Virus record (IMG/VR): IMGVR_UViG_3300046492_000237
Coordinates: 1-64,000 of that record
DNA: 64,000 nt
DNA from: a virus
Direction: 5' to 3' (one strand)
Shown: positions 51,819-61,182 of the stretch, in pieces
Numbering within the stretch: the first letter of the stretch is position 1
Layout of the letters: each line of letters opens with the position of its first letter
Notes under the pieces: model-generated
What the model was told of the DNA's origin: nothing
Seen by the model: only the letters and a program-made list of their open reading frames with translations
The model's database searches: none
Position numbers and translations under genes: made by a program

Positions 51819-53480
51819 ATGAAAATTCAACCCCGCGACTATCAGCAATCGCTGATGGATCAGGTTCGTGTTGCCTTTAGAGAAGGAAAGCGCAGTCCGT
51901 TGGTAGTTGCTGCCACCGGCGCGGGAAAAACCGTGGTGTTCAGCGCTATCGCTGACAGTGCTGCGGAAAAGGGGCATGAGGTGCTGATTCTGGCGCACCG
52001 TGACACCCTCATTAAGCAGGCAAGCGCCAAGCTCAGGCAGAACGGCGTGAAGCACGGCATCATCATGGCGGGCTTCACGCAAGACCTTCGCCAGAAGGTG
52101 CAGGTTGGGTCGGTGCAAACGCTGGCCCGGCGACTGTCAAAGCTGCGCTGGAAGCCGAAACTCATCATTATCGATGAGGCTCACCTGTCAGCTGCAAAAA
52201 CCTACCGCGACATCCTCAAGGCTTTCCCCGACGCGCTGGTGCTGGGCTTCACGGGATCGCCGTGCCGGCTCGACAACAAGCCTCTGGGCAAAGAGGCTGG
52301 CGGTATTTATGACGACCTGATTCAGGCCATCTCCATCAAGCAGCTCATTGCGCGTGGCTTCTTGGTGCAGCCGCAGGTGTTCGGCGCCGCCGAGGCGCTG
52401 GATCTGTCCGGCATCAAAAAGAGCATGGGTGACTACGCCACCGCCGAACTGGCGGCCGTCGTCGACAAACCCAAGATCACCGGCGACGCTGTCGCGCAAT
52501 ACCTCAAGATCTGCCCGGATGTCCCGGCGGTGGCGTGGTGCGTCACGGTTGAGCACGCCCAGCACGTTGCTGACGCCTTCAATGCAGCGGGGATCTCGGC
52601 GCTGATGCTCTGCGGCGAGCACGACAGCGATTACCGCGACAAGGCGCTCAAGGCGCTGGAAACCGGCGAGATCAAGGTCATTTCGTTTGTCGGGATTTTG
52701 ATCGAGGGCGTCGACCAGCCCGCGATCGGGGCAATCATCCTGCTGCGTCCGACCATGTCTCTCGCCAGTTACCTGCAGGTGATCGGTCGCGGCCTTCGCC
52801 CATACACCGATGCCAACGGCGTCAAGAAAGAATGCTGCTACGTGCTTGATCATGCTGGGCTCTGGCAGCGCCATGGCTTCGCCGATGAGGAACGCGAGTG
52901 GGAATTGAACACCGAGGTCAAGAAGGGCGCCAAGAAAAAGGAAAAGGAGACGACTGTCGACCTTATCCAGTGTCGCGGCTGCTTTGCGGTGTTCTCCCCG
53001 GTGCAGGCTGCCGAGGCCGGCCAGAAGCTGATCGAGGAGCGCCCGGGCTATCTCGGCGCGCCATGCTGCCCGAACTGCAAGAAGGCGATCGAGATCAAGG
53101 TCCGCAAGCTTGAGCAGGTTGATGGCGAGCTGATCAAGATCACGCCGGAAATGCGTGCGGAAATGGAGGCTGACCGCAAAAAGACATCGCTTGAGCAGCG
53201 CCGCATGCAGGGCCAGACCCAGACGCTCGAGGACCTGAAGGCCTACGGCGCGAAGATGGGCCGCTCTGCGCAGTGGGCGGAACACGTTTGGAATGCTCGC
53301 CAGCGCAAGAAAGAACCCAAGAAATCGCCGCCAGTCATCGAGCTGCCGCCGGTCCCTACCGATGAACAGCTGGCCGTCATGACACTGGAGGAGCTGGAGA
53401 AAGTCCGCGCCGAACAGGGCTGGCCCCTCAGCTGGCCAACTGAATTTTATCGCAGCAATCAGTCGAACCTCAATTTCTAA
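51819..53480 (+). CDS. SF2 DEAH-box helicase with a Zn ribbon
   Basis: PRDYQ, ATGAGKT, IIDEAH, TGSP, QVIGRGLR. Confidence 0.9.
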   Translation: MKIQPRDYQQSLMDQVRVAFREGKRSPLVVAATGAGKTVVFSAIADSAAEKGHEVLILAHRDTLIKQASAKLRQNGVKHGIIMAGFTQDLRQKVQVGSVQTLARRLSKLRWKPKLIIIDEAHLSAAKTYRDILKAFPDALVLGFTGSPCRLDNKPLGKEAGGIYDDLIQAISIKQLIARGFLVQPQVFGAAEALDLSGIKKSMGDYATAELAAVVDKPKITGDAVAQYLKICPDVPAVAWCVTVEHAQHVADAFNAAGISALMLCGEHDSDYRDKALKALETGEIKVISFVGILIEGVDQPAIGAIILLRPTMSLASYLQVIGRGLRPYTDANGVKKECCYVLDHAGLWQRHGFADEEREWELNTEVKKGAKKKEKETTVDLIQCRGCFAVFSPVQAAEAGQKLIEERPGYLGAPCCPNCKKAIEIKVRKLEQVDGELIKITPEMRAEMEADRKKTSLEQRRMQGQTQTLEDLKAYGAKMGRSAQWAEHVWNARQRKKEPKKSPPVIELPPVPTDEQLAVMTLEELEKVRAEQGWPLSWPTEFYRSNQSNLNF

Positions 53481-53492
53481 GGTAACCACACC

Positions 53493-53945
53493 ATGTCATC
53501 CGTAAACAGCGTCACCATCGTCGGTCGTGTCGGTCAGGATCCAGAAGTCCGCTTCCTGCCGAACGGCGACGCCATCTGCAACCTGTCCGTGGCCACCAGC
53601 AAGCAATGGATCGACAAAGCCTCTGGCGAAAAGAAGGAAAAAACCGAGTGGCACCGCGTCGTGCTGTTCGGGAAAACCGCCGAGCTGGCGGGCAAGTGGA
53701 CCAAGAAGGGCACCGTGGTTTATGTCCGGGGCGAGCTGGAAACCCGCGAGTGGGAGAAGGACGGAATCAAGCGCTACACCACCGAGATCAAAGGGCTCGA
53801 CTTCGATCCGTTCATCAGCGGCGTAAAAGCCGAACCGAACCAGACTCAAAGTCGTGACGGTAACAATCAGACCTCGCAGCAACGTTCTCAGGCCGCGCCG
53901 CAGCAATCCGCGCCGCCGCCGAAGGACAACGATATTCCGTTCTGA
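53493..53945 (+). CDS. ssb: Single-stranded DNA-binding protein
   Basis: [23 protein letters not shown]-terminal DIPF. Confidence 0.95.
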   Translation: MSSVNSVTIVGRVGQDPEVRFLPNGDAICNLSVATSKQWIDKASGEKKEKTEWHRVVLFGKTAELAGKWTKKGTVVYVRGELETREWEKDGIKRYTTEIKGLDFDPFISGVKAEPNQTQSRDGNNQTSQQRSQAAPQQSAPPPKDNDIPF

Positions 53946-54015
53946 CGCCGCCCCACATTGAGCAATGGAGGGGTGGTTTTCGACTCTGGGGCCCCCTCCT
54001 ACAAGGAAGCCGTAA

Positions 54016-54231
54016 ATGAAAGACAGTATCTTGAAGGCGTATCAAGAAGAACGCGACACCTTGAAGGCTGGGTCTCCACCGCTGACAGCGCACGATCATA
54101 CCGTTGCTGTCATTGCCGCGTTGTATTCCGAGAATGACCTGCGACAGGCCGCCGCAATGCGTGGCGCGTATGAGCGCAAGCAGCGCCGTGAAGGTCTTGC
54201 AGCCAAGCGCAAAGGGAAGGCTGTCAAATGA
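54016..54231 (+). CDS. Hypothetical protein
   Basis: AAGGA RBS; coupled to the next gene. Confidence 0.65.
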   Translation: MKDSILKAYQEERDTLKAGSPPLTAHDHTVAVIAALYSENDLRQAAAMRGAYERKQRREGLAAKRKGKAVK

Positions 54232-54557
54232 GCCCGGTTATCCTTTGTCCACGGGTTGAAGGCTACGAAACCCTCGAAAGCGTGCTCGATGCCGCGTATG
54301 CGCAAGCTGCGCATGGAAAGGGAAAAGAACGCCACGCCAATAACCTGCCGTTTCACAAACAGCGCATGCAGTCGATCAGCGATCTTCTCGATTCCGATGA
54401 AGGCATGGCTTATCAGGTCATCAAGAAAATGACCGAGGGCCTGCAGTTCACAGATCCGGCCGCGCGCGAGAAAGAATTGCTCGGCGCCATCGTCTACATC
54501 GCCGGTATCGTCGTCCGCCAGCGTCAGTCTTTGGCGGGCACACCCGATGGCCAGTGA
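54228..54557 (+). CDS. Phage hypothetical protein
   Basis: QAAHGKGKERHA...ELLGAIVY. Confidence 0.7.
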   Translation: MSPVILCPRVEGYETLESVLDAAYAQAAHGKGKERHANNLPFHKQRMQSISDLLDSDEGMAYQVIKKMTEGLQFTDPAAREKELLGAIVYIAGIVVRQRQSLAGTPDGQ

Positions 54558-54993
54558 AGGCGTAATCCAGAAAGAGATAATCGGCGCTCTCGGCTTCTTT
54601 TCTCGCTTATTTCGCCTGAATGGCGGCAAAGCTTGGATGTCGAACCTCGGTCCCAAGGGCGTCGTAACGCTCGCCGATGGCTCCAAGCTGATCAAAGCGC
54701 CGCGCCCGGTCGGGCTCGGCTTCACCATGACCAACGGTGACAGCGTTCCGGGGCAGAGCGACCTTGGCGGCTGGACCAAGGTGACCATAACGCCGGAGAT
54801 GGTTGGCAAAGACATTGCCGTTTTTACCGCCATTGAAACCAAGCGTTCGAAGGGTGGAAAGGCATCCGACGACCAGCTCAATTTCGTTGACCAAGTGCAG
54901 CGCCAAGGCGGTATTGCGGGCATTGCCAACAGCGTCGACGCCGCTCGAAAAATTATTGAGCAATGGGCTAGCAAAATCGGCGCTATTTTGTAG
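54547..54993 (+). CDS. VRR-NUC nuclease (Holliday-junction resolvase-like)
   Basis: SEGVIQ, GQSDL, AIETK, Q..F...V...GGIAGIA. Confidence 0.85.
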   Translation: MASEGVIQKEIIGALGFFSRLFRLNGGKAWMSNLGPKGVVTLADGSKLIKAPRPVGLGFTMTNGDSVPGQSDLGGWTKVTITPEMVGKDIAVFTAIETKRSKGGKASDDQLNFVDQVQRQGGIAGIANSVDAARKIIEQWASKIGAIL

Positions 54994-55173
54994 TATCATC
55001 GCGGCGTTTCCTATTGCTTAAAGTGTTGTGGCCCGGGCTTGGGCCGTGTTGTTGTGGGCTAGGGTCCGGTTAGCTCCCGAACTCGAAAAGCGCATCCTGA
55101 TGGCGCCGCCCATTTTTTTTATCAGTCAGACTTCAGGGGTCAGGATGAACACTTTAATGGGCGGGGACATTCA

Positions 55174-58053
55174 ATGAATGACCACGCGGCAATCAACAAG
55201 TTCCTAGAAGCGATGGCGGAACAAGACATCGTTCCGAGCCAGAACCTTAATTTCGAAGGGAAGCTTGAGCGTTTCCACGTTCAGGGTGATGCTCTCGGCA
55301 GCCGTAATGGCTGGGCTATCCTTCACATTGACAATGCACCAGCTGGTCAGTTCGGTTGCAACAAGCGTTACGGCGATCATAAGTTCTCTTGGAGCGCGGG
55401 CATCAGTGCCACTCCGATGACTGAAGCCGAAAAGAAAAAACAGCGCGAGGACTGGGCAAGGCAGAAGGCCGAAACCGAGAAGCGCCGAGCTGCCGAGCGT
55501 GATGCTGCCGCTGTTCGAGCGCAGTCAGTCTGGGACGCCAGCGTCCCAGCCACTGATGATCATCCCTATCTCGTTCGCAAAGGCGTCAAGGCGCACGGCC
55601 TGCGCGTGGGCAAATGGGAATTCATCAATTCGGATACAGGTGAAGTCACCTGCCTGACTGATCAGGCGCTGCTGGTTCCGCTTTGCGACAAGACCCGTAA
55701 GGTTCACAGCCTGCAGGGTATTTTCCCCGGGAAGATCCTTGGCCGTGGCGATGGCGCGCGCGACAAGGACTATCTGAAATTCGGCGCCAAGGTTGGCATG
55801 TTCCACGCCATCGGCAAACCGCAGATGGTCGACGGCAACCCGGTCTTCGTTATCTGCGAAGGCTATGCCACCGGCGCATCCATCCATGAAGAAACCAGTC
55901 ATCTGGTGCTGGTCACTTTCGATGTGACCAACCTGCTCACGGTTGCCAAGGCAATCCGTGACAGCAAACCAGATGCGATCATCGTGTTTGCCGTCGATAA
56001 CGATGTCTGGACCAAAAAGCCAGTCGAAAACCCGGGCGTCCATTACGCAACGATCGCGGCCAAAGCCGTTGGCGGCCTGCTGGCCATTCCGCCATTCGTC
56101 CATGCCGACGGGACCCAAGATGCGGCCGGCAAGTGGTCTGGCCCTACTGACTTCAATGATTTGCAGGTGCGTGACGGGGCTGGCGCGATAAAGGCCATCT
56201 TCGACGACGTCATTGCAAACCGTAACCTGTCGCCAGAGCCAGAGCCTGAGTCGCCGATGCCTTGGGAGGACGGGCCTCCCGACTACCTCACCGAAGACAT
56301 CCCGCCATCGTCGATGGATGATTCAAACAGTGGCGCGTCATCTCCACCGGTAGAGCCACCGGCGGCCACCGGCGGCGGCCCAAAAGACCCGATCGTTCCT
56401 GCTGACAAGGATGAAGACGATCTGGTTAAGAACGCCCACTTCACGATCCTCGGCTATGACGGACAGACCTATTTCCTGTTCCAGCACGAAAAGAAACAGG
56501 TGCTGGAGATCACCAAAAAGGACCTGAGCGATGTTGGCCTGATCGAGCTGGCCGACCTCTACTGGTGGGAGATGAATTTCGGCAACGGCAACGGCGGGAT
56601 CGACAAGAAGGCCGTTGCTCAGTGGCTGTTCCGCACGGCGAACGGTCGCGGTATCTACGATCCTTCGCGGATCCGTGGGCGTGGTGCATGGGCTGATAAA
56701 GGGCGCGCGGTGTTCCACCACGGCTCCTACCTGACCGTAAATGGCGAGCACACCGACATAACAGCCATCAAATCAGCCTACGTCTACCCGATGGCGCGCG
56801 AACTGCCGCAGCCGTCAGAGACGCCGCTGACCGATGCGGAAGGCGACCATCTCGTCGGCGTTGCCGATATGGTCCGCTGGAACATGCCGGGCAGCGCGGC
56901 GCTGATGGCCGGCTTCGTGATGCTGGCTCCGATCTGCGGTGCGCTGACATGGCGTCCCCACATCTGGCTGACAGGCGTGGCCGGCTCTGGCAAGTCAACC
57001 GTTCAGAACAAGTTCTGCGCGGCCCTGCTGCGCGGTGTTGGCCAGTACTACTCTGGCGACAGCACCGAGGCCGGTATCCGTCAGGATCTCAAGGCAGACG
57101 CGCTGCCGGTGCTTATCGATGAGGCTGAGTCGAACAACGAACGCGACAAGCAGCGGATCGAGAACGTCATCGGCCTGATCCGGAAAACCTCGACCGAGTC
57201 GCAGATGCACACGGCCAAGGGCACCGTTTCCGGAAACAGCCAGCACTTCCAAATCCGGTCGATGTTCTGTCTGGCCTCGATCAACGTCAACCTGCCGACC
57301 AAGGCCGATATCGACCGCCTGACCATTCTTTCGATCAAGAAAGCCAAAGAGGGTGACGTCGACAACTGGCCTGAGCTCGAGGCTGAGCTGAACAAGATCG
57401 ATCAGGACGAAACCATGTCCAGCCGGCTGCTGGCGCGCGCGCTGAAGCTGATGCCGGTCATCCTCGACTCGGTGAAGGTGTTCCGCAAGGCTGCCGCCAT
57501 CCACTTCAAGGATCAGCGCTACGGTGACCAGTTCGGCACCCTGTTGGCGGGCTGCTGGTGCCTGATGAAAAGCTACGTGCCGCAGGAATATGAGGCACTG
57601 GCCATGATCAAGGGCTACAACTGGCAGGAGCACACTGAGGATCAGGATCAGGACGACTCGGCCAAGGCGCTTGAGGCGCTGCTGAGCGCGAAGATTCGTC
57701 TTCCGGGTAATCTGGGTGACCTCACGGTCTACGAGCTGATACGCGAGTCGACAACGTCGTTCCGCCACGGTAGTGGCGTTGACATGGACGTGGCTGACCA
57801 AACACTGCGCCGTCACGGGATCCTCGTTGAGAGCGGGCGCCTGTTGTTCGGCACCGGCGTGAGCAACCTCAAAGAGCTGATCGCCAAGATGCCCGCCATC
57901 ACCAACTTGCGCGACCAGCTGCTGCGCGTGAAGGACGCCGATCGAGTGGGCACGAAGAGCTTCAACGGCACCAAGTCAAAATGCGTGTCCATCCCGTTGG
58001 TGCCGATCCTCGGCGAAGCGGTAAAAGAGGAGGACGACGGCAAACCGTTCTGA
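55174..58053 (+). CDS. Primase-helicase (TOPRIM plus P-loop)
   Basis: HPYLVRKG, ICEGYATG, VDND, TDFND; C-terminal GVAGSGKS and LIDEAE. Confidence 0.85.
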   Translation: MNDHAAINKFLEAMAEQDIVPSQNLNFEGKLERFHVQGDALGSRNGWAILHIDNAPAGQFGCNKRYGDHKFSWSAGISATPMTEAEKKKQREDWARQKAETEKRRAAERDAAAVRAQSVWDASVPATDDHPYLVRKGVKAHGLRVGKWEFINSDTGEVTCLTDQALLVPLCDKTRKVHSLQGIFPGKILGRGDGARDKDYLKFGAKVGMFHAIGKPQMVDGNPVFVICEGYATGASIHEETSHLVLVTFDVTNLLTVAKAIRDSKPDAIIVFAVDNDVWTKKPVENPGVHYATIAAKAVGGLLAIPPFVHADGTQDAAGKWSGPTDFNDLQVRDGAGAIKAIFDDVIANRNLSPEPEPESPMPWEDGPPDYLTEDIPPSSMDDSNSGASSPPVEPPAATGGGPKDPIVPADKDEDDLVKNAHFTILGYDGQTYFLFQHEKKQVLEITKKDLSDVGLIELADLYWWEMNFGNGNGGIDKKAVAQWLFRTANGRGIYDPSRIRGRGAWADKGRAVFHHGSYLTVNGEHTDITAIKSAYVYPMARELPQPSETPLTDAEGDHLVGVADMVRWNMPGSAALMAGFVMLAPICGALTWRPHIWLTGVAGSGKSTVQNKFCAALLRGVGQYYSGDSTEAGIRQDLKADALPVLIDEAESNNERDKQRIENVIGLIRKTSTESQMHTAKGTVSGNSQHFQIRSMFCLASINVNLPTKADIDRLTILSIKKAKEGDVDNWPELEAELNKIDQDETMSSRLLARALKLMPVILDSVKVFRKAAAIHFKDQRYGDQFGTLLAGCWCLMKSYVPQEYEALAMIKGYNWQEHTEDQDQDDSAKALEALLSAKIRLPGNLGDLTVYELIRESTTSFRHGSGVDMDVADQTLRRHGILVESGRLLFGTGVSNLKELIAKMPAITNLRDQLLRVKDADRVGTKSFNGTKSKCVSIPLVPILGEAVKEEDDGKPF

Positions 58054-58067
58054 TAGCCGTAAACGAC

Positions 58068-58092
58068 AAAGCCCGCAGACGCGGGCTTTTTT
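58068..58092. terminator. Terminator between convergent operons
   Basis: AAAGCCCGC-AGAC-GCGGGCTTTTTT. Confidence 0.8.
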
Positions 58093-58103
58093 GTGGGATG
58101 GAT

Positions 58104-58319
58104 TCAGTCTGGCTTGATCGGTCGACCCAGAATACCGAAGTCAGCCCAGAGTGCTTCACGCTCTCCGCAGTGTGTGCATTCACGGATTTTCATGCTGATG
58201 TATCGAACCCAGATGTGTTTCTCGGTGCAGGGCGCACCGTTCGGGCGCCACTCCCAGATATCCGTGTTTGGGATCTCGGCCACGGTGCCGGGCGTCCATT
58301 TGTCTGCTTTGACTCGCAT
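58104..58319 (-). CDS. Small CxxC hypothetical protein
   Basis: MRVKADKW...CTHCG. Confidence 0.55.
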   Translation of the reverse strand: MRVKADKWTPGTVAEIPNTDIWEWRPNGAPCTEKHIWVRYISMKIRECTHCGEREALWADFGILGRPIKPD

Positions 58320-58371
58320 TGCGTACCCCATAAAAAAGCCCGGCACTGGCCGGGCGGTCTGCAGGTCGGTG

Positions 58372-58656
58372 TTACGGGATCCAGACCTGCCAAGTGAAGT
58401 CGGTCCAGTCGGCGTGCTCGACGAGGGCCTTTTCCAGTTCGGCTTTGGCGAAGGCCGCTGCCGACCAATATGGCATCACGCTGGTGTCCATGCTCAGGCG
58501 GATCACCGGGCGCTGCGTGGCGCCGGGCTCGAACGGCAGATCGATGATCAGACGGACATTCCATCGGCGCTGTGCGTTGGTGAAGGTGCGAGGCCCAACA
58601 AATACGCCAACGCCCTGCTTGTGCTTGCTATGGACAAAGTTACTCAGGAGCCTCAT
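58372..58656 (-). CDS. Hypothetical protein
   Basis: AGGAGG RBS; ATGA coupling. Confidence 0.6.
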   Translation of the reverse strand: MRLLSNFVHSKHKQGVGVFVGPRTFTNAQRRWNVRLIIDLPFEPGATQRPVIRLSMDTSVMPYWSAAAFAKAELEKALVEHADWTDFTWQVWIP

Positions 58657-58826
58657 GCGGCCTCCTGACTGAAGGACCGGGCTTCCTGCCATGTTTCCCA
58701 GCGCACCTGCACTCCACGATTGGAGTAGCGGCCACGCCCGTTGATATGCAGACGCGTGACTCGGGCAATCAGGTCTACGCCGTATTTGCGGCAATACCAC
58801 TGTTCAAAAAGTTCGCGCTCGGTCAT
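58653..58826 (-). CDS. Small hypothetical protein (57 aa, not in the ORF track)
   Basis: MTERELFEQWY...WETWQEARSFSQEAA; ATGA overlaps at both ends. Confidence 0.65.
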   Translation of the reverse strand: MTERELFEQWYCRKYGVDLIARVTRLHINGRGRYSNRGVQVRWETWQEARSFSQEAA

Positions 58827-59068
58827 TTGTGTGGCGGTCCTAAAATTACTTCAACCTTGACCATGGCGGCCCGGACTCGCGCCCGGCTTGCGGCCGCGTC
58901 GATCTTGTTCTGCGCTTCAGCTCGAGCCCAAAATTGTTCCATCTGGACGAACCGATCTTCATGGGACGATTGAGCTGGTGCCGAGGTATTTGCTCGTTTG
59001 GAGATATCCCGGTCCATCTGCCGGGCTTGCGGGCTGTCCGCGTATTCGATTGCTTCGCTCATGCTCAT
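58823..59068 (-). CDS. Hypothetical protein
   Basis: ATGA-coupled. Confidence 0.6.
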   Translation of the reverse strand: MSMSEAIEYADSPQARQMDRDISKRANTSAPAQSSHEDRFVQMEQFWARAEAQNKIDAAASRARVRAAMVKVEVILGPPHK

Positions 59069-59601
59069 TTGCTCAGTTCGATATCGGCATCATTCCAGCC
59101 GGCCATCCACCACCCGCGAAGTACTCGGTCAAGACCGGATGGCGGTGAATTGTTCGCATTGCAGGCTCGAGCCTGCTTGCCTTCGGCGTAGGCGTCTTCT
59201 GGCTTGACCTTAACGTCACATGGCCCGGTCAGTGCAATCTCGATCCGGCGTAGAGTGACCGCTTCGGCCACTTCCAGACGAAAGGAGTCGGTCACCCTGA
59301 TCGACTTCCCATGCCCGGCGATGCGCAACCACCCACCACCACCCTCCGCCCGGGCAGCTTGCGTGTAGCTCATCATCAGTGAGCGTTTCACCAAAAGGCC
59401 GGGCGAGCAGCAGACAAAGTCAGCGGCGAACTCAGCGGCGAGGAGGCGAATCGTCATTCGAGCATGCAGATAAAGCGATCGCCCATCGATCAGATCCGCC
59501 ATGACGATGCGATCGTCTGCACGGAACCACTTGACGCTGTCGATTGAGAACTGGGTGATGGTGTCGCCGAGCCGGGCCTTTAGAGCCCTGCGCGCCGCCA
59601 T
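59065..59601 (-). CDS. LytTR-like domain plus a C-terminal RMF-like motif
   Basis: IDSVKWFRADDR...TIRLL...FV....LLV, followed by AYAEG...P......WMAGW. Confidence 0.5.
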   Translation of the reverse strand: MAARRALKARLGDTITQFSIDSVKWFRADDRIVMADLIDGRSLYLHARMTIRLLAAEFAADFVCCSPGLLVKRSLMMSYTQAARAEGGGGWLRIAGHGKSIRVTDSFRLEVAEAVTLRRIEIALTGPCDVKVKPEDAYAEGKQARACNANNSPPSGLDRVLRGWWMAGWNDADIELSK

Positions 59602-60134
59602 TAGAGGTCATGCCCGATGGCGATCGGCTGCATGCGTTTTGCGAAGTCTTCTGGCTCACGGAAAAACAGCTTTCCACTGGCGATATCGCGGTACGCCCGA
59701 CCAACCAGCCCCTTGGCCTGACCTGCACCGGTAATGGTGCCCAACACGGCATATTCACCGCCCTTGCTAACGCTGGTGAAGCGCTCAACGCCTTGCAGGG
59801 CATCACGCTCGGCGGTCACCTTGGTCAGTGCCGCCAATGCCCACGCCATGAGGCCTGACTGATCAACTGGGCGCACGTTGCGGGCATTGCCGACCAGCCA
59901 GCTTTGCAGCTCAGCAGCTTCGGCGCTGTCGCGCTTGCGGGCTGCAATGGTGGCCTCATCGACCAGTTGATCCGGCGCCGCGGCGACCATCTTGGCGAAG
60001 TTGCTCGCCATGTTTTCGCGGTTTCGGGCTTGGGTCTGGCAGCACTGCGGCTCGATCAAGCCAACAAATGGCGCGTTGGCCATCTCCGGAGTGGCGGTCG
60101 TTGGCAGCATTTTCCAGTGAATAGGCTTTTCCAT
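59601..60134 (-). CDS. Hypothetical protein
   Basis: WKMLP...TPEM and KGGEY...YRD...LFFRE..DF modules. Confidence 0.65.
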   Translation of the reverse strand: MEKPIHWKMLPTTATPEMANAPFVGLIEPQCCQTQARNRENMASNFAKMVAAAPDQLVDEATIAARKRDSAEAAELQSWLVGNARNVRPVDQSGLMAWALAALTKVTAERDALQGVERFTSVSKGGEYAVLGTITGAGQAKGLVGRAYRDIASGKLFFREPEDFAKRMQPIAIGHDL

Positions 60135-60148
60135 GGTTTTCCCCTTTT

Positions 60149-60265
60149 TTAGATCGATGAGTGAACGAAGGCGATACCGCAAACGACCAGAATCAGCAGC
60201 GCCGAGACCCAGAGATGGGCCTTTGTTATTTCCGCTTCGTGGTGCCGCTTAGTTTGGTTGCGCAT
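60149..60265 (-). CDS. 38-aa single-TM peptide (not in the ORF track)
   Basis: AGGAG RBS; MRNQTKRHHEAEITKAHLWVSALLILVVCGIAFVHSSI; first gene after an operator-promoter. Confidence 0.55.
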   Translation of the reverse strand: MRNQTKRHHEAEITKAHLWVSALLILVVCGIAFVHSSI

Positions 60266-60295
60266 CGACTTCGCTCCTGCGTTTATGATGCCCAA

Positions 60296-60325
60296 ATAAT
60301 AACGCCGTTACTCATATTTGAGCAA
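60296..60325 (-). promoter_or_regulatory. Promoter TTGCTC-18-TATTAT with the operator TTACTCA-TATT-TGAGCAA (60308-60325)
   Basis: Read directly from sequence. Confidence 0.65.
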
Positions 60326-60356
60326 CGGCGCATGTAGAACTGTTTGGAATATGCAA

Positions 60357-60548
60357 TTAGCTATTTTCGCAATCAACCTTATTAAAACCGGGTGGCAGCG
60401 GGATTGGGCTGTACTGCTTGGAAAGGATCATCTGACGCACCTTCTCACATCCGTCCATTGTCATGCTGGGTGGCAATTCGAGTTTCTGAGTCACTACGCA
60501 TTTTTCAAGTGCAGCGTTGACGCAAGCGGCGAAAATCAGGCTGATCAT
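60357..60548 (-). CDS. Small Cys-containing hypothetical protein
   Basis: AAGGA RBS; MISLIFAAC... Confidence 0.55.
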   Translation of the reverse strand: MISLIFAACVNAALEKCVVTQKLELPPSMTMDGCEKVRQMILSKQYSPIPLPPGFNKVDCENS

Positions 60549-60567
60549 GGGTTGGCTTCCTTGTTGA

Positions 60568-61182
60568 TTATGGGGCGTTGCAGGCGCCGCAGTTCGGGCA
60601 GGCACCATAGTTCTGTGATTCTGTAAGGAATCGACCGCACGGCTCGCAGCGGTAGGTATAACGGGTGCGCTTGCGTTTGAATCGCTTGATACTGGATCCG
60701 CTCAGGGCTTCGGCGAGACTCAGCTTTCCTTGATGGACCAGACGCCGGGTTTTCGTCTCGATGTAGGCCACCGGCCAGATGATTTCGTTTTCACTCAGGT
60801 GGTTGGCGTGCTCGAGTGAAATGCGGTGCGCCTGCTCGAGCCTTGGAGATGTGCCGATTGGCCACCGCGCCCAGATCAGATCGTTGCCGTTCCACTCACC
60901 CTTGACTTGCACCACACACTGGCAGCCTTCGACCAGCATCGGCGCAGCCTCTTCGGCGCGCACATACTGGCAGTCGACGCCGAGGTGTGCGCGCTGGTCG
61001 ATGTAGGCCTTCGGCCAAGGAATGTCATCGCCGCAGCGATCTTCGTGCAGCTTCTGCGCGCGATCGCGGGTGAATACCTCAGCCTTGTCCAGATCGGTGC
61101 AGTAACCGCCGCCCAGCGCCCAGAACATAAGGCCGTCGCCGGTATTGCCGTGCGGGCTCTGCAGGTAAAATTCGTCAATCAT
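60568..61182 (-). CDS. Phage protein with an internal repeat and a C-terminal Zn ribbon
   Basis: Two G-x-G(D/N)..W...A.....WP.AYI units; CEPC...CPNC. Confidence 0.7.
   Translation of the reverse strand: MIDEFYLQSPHGNTGDGLMFWALGGGYCTDLDKAEVFTRDRAQKLHEDRCGDDIPWPKAYIDQRAHLGVDCQYVRAEEAAPMLVEGCQCVVQVKGEWNGNDLIWARWPIGTSPRLEQAHRISLEHANHLSENEIIWPVAYIETKTRRLVHQGKLSLAEALSGSSIKRFKRKRTRYTYRCEPCGRFLTESQNYGACPNCGACNAP

Noticed and set aside
53851-53870. GTCGTGAC inside ssb (also GTCGTGA at ~10618, 51651 and ~51408 on the minus strand)
   Set aside because: These lack the conserved A and/or T at positions 4 and 8 after the octamer, so they were not counted as promoters.
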